Shown: one piece after another, positions 17,498 through 25,398 of the stretch | Position numbering within the stretch: position 1 is the stretch's first letter | Layout of the letters: each line of letters opens with the position of its first letter | IMG/VR virus record: IMGVR_UViG_2851976983_000004 | DNA from: a virus | Lineage: Duplodnaviria; Heunggongvirae; Uroviricota; Caudoviricetes | DNA length: 39,917 nt | Direction: 5' to 3' (one strand) | The notes under the pieces: model-generated | Told to the model about the DNA's origin: nothing | Seen by the model: only the letters and a program-made list of their open reading frames with translations | The model's database searches: none | Translations under genes and position numbers: made by a program

Positions 17498-18299
17498 ACT
17501 GGCGTACTGCATGACGCTTCCCCCGAAGCGGGCAGTCAGCTACCTGAAGTCCAAAGGGTATCAGATTACCTGGGACTGGGAGGAGATGTGGCAGGAAGCC
17601 CATGCCCGCGCCTTTACCGTCGCTAAAGTGACCCGCCTGGATATCCTGGAAGATATTCGCGGGGCACTGCAGCAGGCTGTCGATGAAGGAAAAACCGATC
17701 GCTGGTTCCGGCAGGCGCTGGAGCCGGTGCTGAAGCGTAAGGGATGGTGGGGACCACGTGACACGACTGACCCGGTAACGGGTGAGCCGGTCACCATTCA
17801 GCAGGGCAGTCCGTGGCGGCTCGATACCATCTTTCGCACCAATATGTCCGTACTCTACAGCGCCGGTCGTTGGGCGGAGCAGATGGAAAACGTCGACGAC
17901 AGGCCGTACTGGATGTATACCGGCATCAACGACAGCCATACCCGCAGGAGCCATCTGGCGCTGCATGGTCTGGTGCTGCGCTGGGATGACCCGTTCTGGC
18001 AGGCATTTTACCCGCCGAACGGCTGGCGCTGCCGCTGTAGTGTGATTGCCCTGAGTGCGGCGGATGTACGTGCCCGTGGCCTGAAGGTTATCAGCTCCGG
18101 CTCTGTCATGGGCCAGGAACTGAAACTGGTCTCAGAGAAAACCGGCGAAATGCGGAACGTGGCCACCTTTAATACCGGCACCACGAAGGTGACCACCGAC
18201 GTCGGCTGGTCTTATGCACCGGGGGCAGCATACCGTCCCGACCTGGCCCGCTATCAGGGTACGTTTCAGCCACTGGCACAACAGGAACTGAGAGGATAA
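17478..18299 (+). CDS. head morphogenesis protein (Mu F-like)
   Basis: ORF 17451..18299, probable ATG 17478; position and size as Mu gp30. Confidence 0.7.
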   Translation: MSVTTAELAYCMTLPPKRAVSYLKSKGYQITWDWEEMWQEAHARAFTVAKVTRLDILEDIRGALQQAVDEGKTDRWFRQALEPVLKRKGWWGPRDTTDPVTGEPVTIQQGSPWRLDTIFRTNMSVLYSAGRWAEQMENVDDRPYWMYTGINDSHTRRSHLALHGLVLRWDDPFWQAFYPPNGWRCRCSVIALSAADVRARGLKVISSGSVMGQELKLVSEKTGEMRNVATFNTGTTKVTTDVGWSYAPGAAYRPDLARYQGTFQPLAQQELRG

Positions 18300-18301
18300 C
18301 A

Positions 18302-18760
18302 ATGGCTTCCGATAACCTGGTCAGTATCACCATTAACGATAAATCCCTGCGCCGGAGCCTCCGTGCGCTGGATCTTGCTGCCACAGACCTGGAGCCCGCG
18401 ATGCGCAAAATCGCCGGAACCCTGCTGGCGGAAACACAGTTTAACTTTCTTGATGAGGGGCGTCCGGGGTGGATGCCCTCGCTGGCAGCGGAAGAACGTG
18501 ACGGGCAGACACTGCAGGATACCGGGCGTCTGATGGGGTCAGTATCAACCGACCATGACGACCGGCAGGCTGTTGTGGGGACCAACGTTGTTTACGGTGC
18601 CATTCACCAGTTCGGGGGTAAAACGGGGCGTAATGAGTCTGTTGAACTTCCGGCCCGCCCGTTCCTGCCGGTGACGGGGGATGGAGAACTACAGCCTGAA
18701 GTGGTAATCCCCATCCTCGATACCATTGTCCGCCATCTTGAATCAGCGGCCCGTCGCTGA
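18302..18760 (+). CDS. virion morphogenesis protein (Mu G-like)
   Basis: 152-aa ORF; family pattern as remembered. Confidence 0.65.
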   Translation: MASDNLVSITINDKSLRRSLRALDLAATDLEPAMRKIAGTLLAETQFNFLDEGRPGWMPSLAAEERDGQTLQDTGRLMGSVSTDHDDRQAVVGTNVVYGAIHQFGGKTGRNESVELPARPFLPVTGDGELQPEVVIPILDTIVRHLESAARR

Positions 18761-18803
18761 GTTTTCTCTCTTCAGGCGGGTGATTTATCATTGCCAGCGA
18801 ATG

Positions 18804-18849
18804 AGGGGCTGTATTACCTTTATAAAGGCTTTACAGCCTCTGTTTTATA
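18804..18849 (+). terminator. imperfect hairpin followed by GTTTTAT, candidate terminator after head-morphogenesis block
   Basis: Stem about 18804-18813/18832-18841, loop containing palindrome CCTTTATAAAGG, then T-rich run. Confidence 0.35.
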
Positions 18850-18911
18850 ACCGCTTCCGGTTCACCGCATTGCTTTCCCTGTCCTTCTCCCCTGATGTTT
18901 TCTAAAGCAGA

Positions 18912-18919
18912 TTAAAATC
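18912..18919 (+). promoter_or_regulatory. recurring motif TTAAAATC (candidate late promoter) upstream of protease/scaffold gene
   Basis: 56 nt upstream of ATG 18975 in a 214-bp intergenic gap. Confidence 0.3.
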
Positions 18920-18974
18920 GCCGGGCCTGCATTTCTCACAAACTGTCTCCGACAACATAACGCGGGACAGCAAA

Positions 18975-20090
18975 ATGTCAGCCATTCACATTTTTAAAGC
19001 CGGTACTCATACCGATATGCACGGCAAAAAACTGCCGTTCACGCCAGACGATCTTGCCGCCTGCGTGAAAGCCTATGACCCGTCCGTCCATGAAGCACCA
19101 CTCGTGATTGGTCATCCCAGAACGGAAGACCCGGCGTGGGGCTGGGTGAAAGCCCTGTCGCTCAGCGGCGTCGATCTGATGGCAGAGCCTGCCCAGTTGG
19201 ACCCGCAGTTTGCTGAGATGGTCACCGACGGACGATTCAAAAAAGTGTCCGCCTCTTTCTACCTCCCGGATTCACCGTCCAATCCGAAGCCCGGCGTGCT
19301 CTACCTGCGCCATGTGGGCTTTCTCGGGGCACAGCCACCTTCCGTCAAGGGGCTGAAACAGGTGTCCTTCAGTGAGCAGGAAGAAGGTGTGGTGGAGTTC
19401 GCCGACTGGCAGGCCATCACGAATGCCTCCCTGTGGGGAAAGCTGCGCGATTTTCTGATCGCCCGCTTCAGTCTGGACGAAGCAGAAAAAGTCCTGCCGG
19501 AATGGCAGCTCAACAATCTGCGCGAAGAGGCGTACCGCGACACACCGTCGCAGGATGCAGCAGGTGCACAATTCAGTGAGACAGGCCAGGTGCCGTCTTC
19601 CGCAAGTAACGAGGAATCATCGATGACAAAAGAAGAGATTGAAGCCCTTCAGGAGGAGAACCGCCGCCTGAAGCAGCAGGCTGCTGATCGCGATGCGCGT
19701 GATGCACAGGCCAGACAGGAGCAACTGCATAAGGACAATGTGGCCTTTGCAGAAAAACTGGTCGCAGAGGGGCGTCTGGCTCCCCGCGCCTCCTCCGTGG
19801 TGGTTGCCCTGCTGGATGCCGTCGCCGGTGGCGACAAGCCGGTGGAGTTTGCTGAGGGGGAAAGCCGCACGCCGCTGGCCACCGCCTTCCGTTCATTGCT
19901 CTCCGACGGGGAGCCGGTAATGAATTTCGCCGAACAGGCCACAAAGGAGCGTGTCGGCGACACGGTGAAGGTGGATGTGGCGGAGTTTGCGGAAGCCGAT
20001 CCTGAGCGTCTGGCCCTGCATCAGAAAGCAGTGGCCCTGTCCAAAAAAGAAGGCATCAGCTATGAGGCTGCTGTCGCACGCTGCCTGTAA
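18975..20090 (+). CDS. head protease/scaffold protein (Mu I-like)
   Basis: 371-aa ORF, position before major capsid gene, acidic coiled-coil C-terminal half. Confidence 0.7.
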   Translation: MSAIHIFKAGTHTDMHGKKLPFTPDDLAACVKAYDPSVHEAPLVIGHPRTEDPAWGWVKALSLSGVDLMAEPAQLDPQFAEMVTDGRFKKVSASFYLPDSPSNPKPGVLYLRHVGFLGAQPPSVKGLKQVSFSEQEEGVVEFADWQAITNASLWGKLRDFLIARFSLDEAEKVLPEWQLNNLREEAYRDTPSQDAAGAQFSETGQVPSSASNEESSMTKEEIEALQEENRRLKQQAADRDARDAQARQEQLHKDNVAFAEKLVAEGRLAPRASSVVVALLDAVAGGDKPVEFAEGESRTPLATAFRSLLSDGEPVMNFAEQATKERVGDTVKVDVAEFAEADPERLALHQKAVALSKKEGISYEAAVARCL

Positions 20091-20104
20091 TTTAAGGAGA
20101 AATC

Positions 20105-21058
20105 ATGTCTGATTACTTAAAAGGTAAACGTGTCGTTGATCCGGTACTGACCAGTATCGCCCGAGGCTATAAAAATGCCGCATTCATTGGCGAACGTATT
20201 TTCCCCGTCGTGCTGACGGACAAGGAAGGCGTGCGTGTGCCGACCTTCGGGAAAACCGCCTTTGTGGAATATGACACTGAGCGTGCCGTCGGGGCGGACA
20301 GCAATGTTCTGGTCCGTGAGAAAACCGGCACGCTTGATCTGGTGCTGGGTGAGCACGATCTGGCTGCGCCGGTGGACTATCGCGAGCAGGCGGAGTCCAT
20401 GTTTAACGAGGAGAGCAAGGCCATCCGTCGCGCCACGAATGGCGTGAATCTGCGCCGTGAACTTATCGCCGCCCGTCTGGCTCAGGATGAAAAGGTCTAC
20501 CGTACCGGGCACGTTAAAAAACTGACAGCCAGTGATCGCTGGGCCGGTGGTAAGGGGGACCCCATCGGGGTGATTGAAGCCGGTATGGAAGCGGTCCGTA
20601 CGGCCACGGGGCTGCGTCCTAACCTGATGACCATGGGTGCCAGCGTGATGGCGCTGCTGAAGTTCCACCCGGCGATTCAGGCTGCCATCGGAGCCAACGA
20701 ACGCAAGCGCATCACTACGGAGATCCTGCAGGACCTCTTTCAGATCGAAGAGATCGTCATCGGTGCCCCTGTCTCCCTGCCATCCATGAAAGCGGCAATG
20801 GATAAGGACAGCGTGCCGGCGGATATCTGGGGAGACAACCTGATGCTGCACTACGTCGGCAAGCCGCAGCCGGGGGCGGACAGCGCGGACGAGAACGAGC
20901 CGTCCTTCGGCTACACCCTGCGCCGTAAGGGGATGCCTGTTGCAGACAAATACGACGGTGCCGGTGGCAAGGTGAAGTACTGCCGTTATACCGATATCTA
21001 CAAAGTCGCCGTGGTTGGTGGCGATGCCGGGTATCTCATCACCGGTATCAGTAAATAA
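20105..21058 (+). CDS. major capsid protein (Mu T-like)
   Basis: 317-aa ORF, AAGGAG before ATG, position and size. Confidence 0.8.
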   Translation: MSDYLKGKRVVDPVLTSIARGYKNAAFIGERIFPVVLTDKEGVRVPTFGKTAFVEYDTERAVGADSNVLVREKTGTLDLVLGEHDLAAPVDYREQAESMFNEESKAIRRATNGVNLRRELIAARLAQDEKVYRTGHVKKLTASDRWAGGKGDPIGVIEAGMEAVRTATGLRPNLMTMGASVMALLKFHPAIQAAIGANERKRITTEILQDLFQIEEIVIGAPVSLPSMKAAMDKDSVPADIWGDNLMLHYVGKPQPGADSADENEPSFGYTLRRKGMPVADKYDGAGGKVKYCRYTDIYKVAVVGGDAGYLITGISK

Positions 21059-21067
21059 GGAGGCGTT

Positions 21068-21406
21068 ATGGGAACCACTCAGCAGGTCATTCTGATTACA
21101 ACCGTAACGGCAGGGGCAGAACTGGCACAGCAGCGTTTTGTCGGGGCAGATAATACCCCCTGTAAAGCCGGTGCCGCAGCGCTCGGGGTTGCCGAAGTGG
21201 ATGCTGTTACCGGCGACAGCACGCCGGTGAGCGTTCTGGGCATTATTGCTGTTGAGGCCGGTGCTGCGGTCAGCCGTGGTGTGGCTGTTCAGTCAGATGC
21301 TCAGGCCAGAGCCGTGCCGCAGTCCGGCGACGGTAAATCCTGTGGTATTGCACTTGATGAAGCCGGGGGTGAAGGCGACGTCATTCGTATCCTGCGCGGG
21401 GTGTGA
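21068..21406 (+). CDS. hypothetical head-associated protein
   Basis: 112-aa Ala/Gly/Val-rich ORF after capsid gene. Confidence 0.5.
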   Translation: MGTTQQVILITTVTAGAELAQQRFVGADNTPCKAGAAALGVAEVDAVTGDSTPVSVLGIIAVEAGAAVSRGVAVQSDAQARAVPQSGDGKSCGIALDEAGGEGDVIRILRGV

Positions 21407-21407
21407 C

Positions 21408-21854
21408 ATGTACTGCACCCTGGAGGATTTGCTTGAGCAGGTGCCGGAACGAACGCTGATCGAGCTCACCAGTGAAGAGATGGACTTCGACTCGCCTGCG
21501 ACAGTGAATACCCGTGTGGTGGAGAGCTGTATCCGCTATGCCGACGAGCTGATTGATGCCCATCTGCGCGGACGCTATATCCTGCCGCTGGCGGAGATAC
21601 CGACCGTTCTGCGGGACATTGCCATCACGCTGGTCCGTTACCGGCTCTACGCCCGCCGCCCGGAAGGTGACCTCCCGGATACGGTGAAGGATGACCACAA
21701 AGAAGCGCTGCGGCAACTGAAGGAGTTACGTGATAACAGGCTTACGCTGGGGCTGCCGTCCACTCAGAAAGATATGCCTGAGCCAGGAGAGTTTCGTGTA
21801 CGCAGCCGCCCGGCCACTTTCGGCGGTCGTGACGGCTTACTGGAGAAATACTGA
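21408..21854 (+). CDS. Mu gp36-like protein (DUF1320)
   Basis: ORF 21246..21854 trimmed to ATG 21408 (MYCTLEDLLEQ...), just after upstream stop. Confidence 0.6.
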   Translation: MYCTLEDLLEQVPERTLIELTSEEMDFDSPATVNTRVVESCIRYADELIDAHLRGRYILPLAEIPTVLRDIAITLVRYRLYARRPEGDLPDTVKDDHKEALRQLKELRDNRLTLGLPSTQKDMPEPGEFRVRSRPATFGGRDGLLEKY

Positions 21855-22318
21855 TGAATGTTCTGCCCGTCCTTGATGCGGTGCTGGCCCGGTTACGCGA
21901 GAAGCTGCCTCAGCTGCAGGTTGAGTACTTCCCGGAAAAGCCGTCCGAATACCGCCTCAATCATTCTGTCGGGGCGTTGCTGCTGAGCTATGCAGGATCG
22001 CGTTTCGACAGGCCGGATGATACCGGTGCGGTGATCCAGCCTCAGACTATCCAGCTCTGCGTCACGGTGGTCTTCCGACAGCTCAACGGTAAAAAAGGGG
22101 CGATTAATGTCCTGGATGCTGTCCGCCGCATTCTTGGTGGCTACACCCCGCCCGGGTGCCGCCGCCGTATCTGGCTGACCCGCGAGGTGTTTATCGGTGA
22201 AGTCAGGGGGCTGTGGCAGTACGCCCTCGACTTCGCGACTGAAAGCGTCTTTATCGAAGACAGCGATTTACCGTCCGGCCCGCTGTTAACTGAAGTGAAC
22301 TATGAGGAAAGCGAGTGA
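21854..22318 (+). CDS. Mu gp37-like protein
   Basis: 154-aa ORF, conserved position before sheath. Confidence 0.55.
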   Translation: MNVLPVLDAVLARLREKLPQLQVEYFPEKPSEYRLNHSVGALLLSYAGSRFDRPDDTGAVIQPQTIQLCVTVVFRQLNGKKGAINVLDAVRRILGGYTPPGCRRRIWLTREVFIGEVRGLWQYALDFATESVFIEDSDLPSGPLLTEVNYEESE

Positions 22319-22569
22319 TGAAAGAATACCGCTATTCCGGCCCGGCCAGCGGCGTCACGCTGTCGGACGGAACCGAAATCCTGCTCTGGCCGGGGAAGAC
22401 TGTTTCCCTGCCGGAGGAGCATGACTACGTGAAGGTACTGGTGGCGCTGAAGCATCTGACGCCGGTATCTGAAGAAATTAAACCCGCCGGCACACCGGCT
22501 GTGCAGTCACCAAAGCGCAGGAACGGCGGTGACAGCGAGGTGAAAACGGAGGACGCCCATGTCAGCTAA
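22315..22569 (+). CDS. small protein (Mu gp38-like position)
   Basis: 84-aa ORF, 4-bp overlaps. Confidence 0.45.
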   Translation: MMKEYRYSGPASGVTLSDGTEILLWPGKTVSLPEEHDYVKVLVALKHLTPVSEEIKPAGTPAVQSPKRRNGGDSEVKTEDAHVS

Positions 22570-23986
22570 CTATCTGCATGGTCCGGAAACCATTGAAGTG
22601 GAAAACGGTGCCCGCCCGGTTAAAACGGTGAAATCTGCCGTTATTGGCCTGATTGGTACCGCACCAATGGGGGATGTCAATACGCTGGTACAGTGCCTGT
22701 CTGAGAAAGACGCTGCGGCATTTGGCAGCCAGTTCACCGGCTTTACCATTCCACAGGCGCTGGATGCGATTTATGACCATGGTGCAGGCACCGTTCTGGT
22801 CATTAACGTACTCGATCCGTCTGTGCATAAAACCGCTGTGGTCAGTGAGAATGTGTCGTTCGACAAGGCGACAGGCAGAGCCCGGCTGGCTAATCCGGTG
22901 GTCGCGCAGCTGGTACTGAAACCGGACAGCGACGGTCAGCCTTATGTTGAAGGTCAGGACTACTCGCTTGATGCACAGACCGGGGTGATTACTAACCTGG
23001 GTAAAAGCATTGCTGCAGATGCAACGGTGAAGGCCAGCTATAACTATGCTGATCCGACCAAAGTCACCCCGGCTGATATCATCGGTACCGTTAACGCTGC
23101 AGGCAACCGTACCGGCATGAAGCTGCTTAACGACAGTTTTAACCTGTTTGGCTACTTCGCCAAAATCCTGATTGCTCCGGTATTCTGCACCCAGAACAGC
23201 GTCTCGGTTGAGCTTATCGCCATGGCTGAGAAACTGGGAGCAGTAACCTATATTGATGCGCCGGTTGGTACCACTTTTGCGCAGGCTCTGGCGGGACGAG
23301 GCCCGGAAGGCACCATTAACTTTAATACCAGCTCTGACCGTGTCCGCCTGTGCTACCCGCATGTGAAGGTATATGACCCGGTGACGAACACGGAACGTCT
23401 GGAGCCACTGAGCCAGCGTGCGGCGGGCCTGCGTGCCAAAGTCGACCTGGACAAAGGGTACTGGTGGTCATCCTCAAATCAGGAAATTCTGGGGATCACC
23501 GGCGTGGAGCGCCAGCTGTCGGCAATGATTGACGATCCGCAGAGCGAGGTGAACCTGCTTAACGAACAGGGAATCACCACGGTATTCAGCAGTTACGGCA
23601 GCGGCCTTCGTCTGTGGGGTAACCGGACGGCAGCATGGCCAACGGTCACCCATATGCGTAACTTTGAGAACGTTCGCCGCACCGGTGATGTGATCAATGA
23701 GTCCATTCGTTACTTCAGCCAGCAGTACATCGACATGCCGATTACTCAGGCGCTGATTGATGCACTGACGGAGTCGGTCAACGCCTACGGTCGCAAAATG
23801 ACTGGTGATGGCGCGGTACTGGGCTTCCGTTGCTGGTTTGATCCGGCCCGCAATCCGGAAACGGAGCTGGCCGCCGGGCACCTGTTGCTGAGCTACAAAT
23901 ATACGCCACCACCGCCGCTGGAGCGACTGACGTTTGAGACTGAGATCACCTCGGAATACCTGTTAACCCTGAAAGGGGGCAACTGA
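22559..23986 (+). CDS. tail sheath protein
   Basis: 475-aa ORF, sheath-like N-terminus, followed by tube gene. Confidence 0.85.
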   Translation: MSANYLHGPETIEVENGARPVKTVKSAVIGLIGTAPMGDVNTLVQCLSEKDAAAFGSQFTGFTIPQALDAIYDHGAGTVLVINVLDPSVHKTAVVSENVSFDKATGRARLANPVVAQLVLKPDSDGQPYVEGQDYSLDAQTGVITNLGKSIAADATVKASYNYADPTKVTPADIIGTVNAAGNRTGMKLLNDSFNLFGYFAKILIAPVFCTQNSVSVELIAMAEKLGAVTYIDAPVGTTFAQALAGRGPEGTINFNTSSDRVRLCYPHVKVYDPVTNTERLEPLSQRAAGLRAKVDLDKGYWWSSSNQEILGITGVERQLSAMIDDPQSEVNLLNEQGITTVFSSYGSGLRLWGNRTAAWPTVTHMRNFENVRRTGDVINESIRYFSQQYIDMPITQALIDALTESVNAYGRKMTGDGAVLGFRCWFDPARNPETELAAGHLLLSYKYTPPPPLERLTFETEITSEYLLTLKGGN

Positions 23987-24507
23987 TGTCAAAGATTGAG
24001 ATAAACCGAATCACGAATGCCAACATCTATCTGGATGGTACTAACCTGCTGGGACGGGCTGAGGAGGTTAAACTCCCCGATGTCTCCATGATTATGCAGG
24101 AACACAAGGCACTGGGGATGGTGGGTAAGGTGGAACTCCCGGCTGGTTTTGACAAACTGGAAGGCGAAATCAAATGGAACAGCTTTTACCGCGATGCGAT
24201 GCTGTCTGCCGCGAACCCGTACAAGTCGCTGGCGCTGCAGTGTCGCTCCAGCGTCCAGCGCTACAGCTCGCAGGGGCTGATCGACGAAATCCCGCTGGTC
24301 ACCTTCCTGACAATTATGTTCAAGAAGAACCCGCTGGGGACGTTTAAACAGCACGAGAACGCCGAGTTCTCCAGTAGCTTCACCTGCACGTATATCAGAC
24401 AGGTACTGGATGGTGAAGAGTTGCTGCAACTGGACTATCTGGCCAACATCTTCCGCGTCGGTGGCGTTGATCAACTGACTGACTATCGGATCAATATCGG
24501 GGGCTGA
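23986..24507 (+). CDS. tail tube protein
   Basis: 173-aa ORF immediately after sheath. Confidence 0.7.
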   Translation: MSKIEINRITNANIYLDGTNLLGRAEEVKLPDVSMIMQEHKALGMVGKVELPAGFDKLEGEIKWNSFYRDAMLSAANPYKSLALQCRSSVQRYSSQGLIDEIPLVTFLTIMFKKNPLGTFKQHENAEFSSSFTCTYIRQVLDGEELLQLDYLANIFRVGGVDQLTDYRINIGG

Positions 24508-24509
24508 CG

Positions 24510-24791
24510 GTGAGTGTTGAACTGACTGACAAAGGAGGGCGATGTGCGTCACTGGGCATGTCAAATGGTACGTGGTTTACCCTCCTTGATATTCCGGGGG
24601 TGGAAACCCTTTTTAATACCCGTAAAACCAATGACCCGATTGACTGCACACGTTCAAAGGCCCGCAAACTGGCCGATTTGATTGAAGCATGGGAGCCGCC
24701 CGACCACTGGTTCTCCGGCATCGGCAAATCTGAGGGAAAGGCGCTTCTCATCGCTTTCCTGCGTAACTGCAAGGGTTTTCGCACTTGCTGA
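24510..24791 (+). CDS. hypothetical protein
   Basis: 93-aa ORF (GTG start) after tube gene; reality uncertain. Confidence 0.35.
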   Translation: MSVELTDKGGRCASLGMSNGTWFTLLDIPGVETLFNTRKTNDPIDCTRSKARKLADLIEAWEPPDHWFSGIGKSEGKALLIAFLRNCKGFRTC

Positions 24792-24797
24792 CATCAC

Positions 24798-24820
24798 AGG
24801 GGCTCCGGCCCCTTCTTCTT
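24798..24820 (+). terminator. hairpin AGGGGC-tccg-GCCCCT followed by TCTTCTT, candidate terminator
   Basis: 6-bp GC stem, 4-nt loop, T-rich tail; lies between tube-region ORFs and tail chaperone gene. Confidence 0.4.
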
Positions 24821-24827
24821 AATCTCC

Positions 24828-24836
24828 TTTAATATC
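24828..24836 (+). promoter_or_regulatory. recurring motif TTTAATATC (candidate late promoter) upstream of tail chaperone
   Basis: 47 nt upstream of ATG 24883. Confidence 0.3.
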
Positions 24837-24882
24837 CGTCACGTCCACCGCCAGACATACTGCTCTGAATTTACAAAGGAGT

Positions 24883-25224
24883 ATGATCATGTCACAGACC
24901 CAGTCCGATACTTTTACGCTGTCTTATCCTTTCACCACTGCTGCAGGTACCAGAATTGAACAGATTGAACTGAAACGCCTGACAGTAAAAGACCTGAAGC
25001 AGGTGCGCAAAATCAACAAAGACCCGGCAGACTGGGACGAACCACTGATTGCCCGTAGCACCGGTATCCTCCCGGAAGACCTCGATAACATGGATCTTGC
25101 CGACTATATGGAGCTGCAGAAACGATTTCAGAAAATCACTGGGCTGGGCAAGAGCGACAAAAACACTGATGCAGGCGCAGGGCCTGCTGGCGAGATGGTT
25201 CAGGTTTCAGCCGGGGGAGATTGA
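24883..25224 (+). CDS. tail assembly chaperone
   Basis: 113-aa ORF immediately upstream of tape measure gene; AAAGGAG before ATG. Confidence 0.6.
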   Translation: MIMSQTQSDTFTLSYPFTTAAGTRIEQIELKRLTVKDLKQVRKINKDPADWDEPLIARSTGILPEDLDNMDLADYMELQKRFQKITGLGKSDKNTDAGAGPAGEMVQVSAGGD

Positions 25225-25306
25225 TGCCCTCGATACTGACGATCTGGAGATGTGGCTGGAGCAGGCTGAAGAGCAAATCAAAAGCGAGTTCGGCGACAAT
25301 CAGTAA
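25049..25306 (+). other. overlapping ORF in +1 frame, possible frameshift extension of tail chaperone
   Basis: ORF overlaps chaperone gene by about 175 nt and extends 82 nt past its stop; conserved chaperone-frameshift arrangement in tailed phages; slip site not identified. Confidence 0.35.
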
Positions 25307-25398
25307 CAACGTATCACTTAACAGCCGCCAGTCGCGGCTGTTCTGCATGGGGTTCAGACACTTCCCTTCCGTTTTTTTGCTTTCAGAGGATAGCCACC

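Noticed and set aside
20117-20851. 244-aa minus-strand ORF inside the major capsid gene
   Set aside because: Antisense to a strongly supported structural gene; shadow ORF.
22562-23362. 266-aa minus-strand ORF inside the tail sheath gene
   Set aside because: Antisense shadow ORF.
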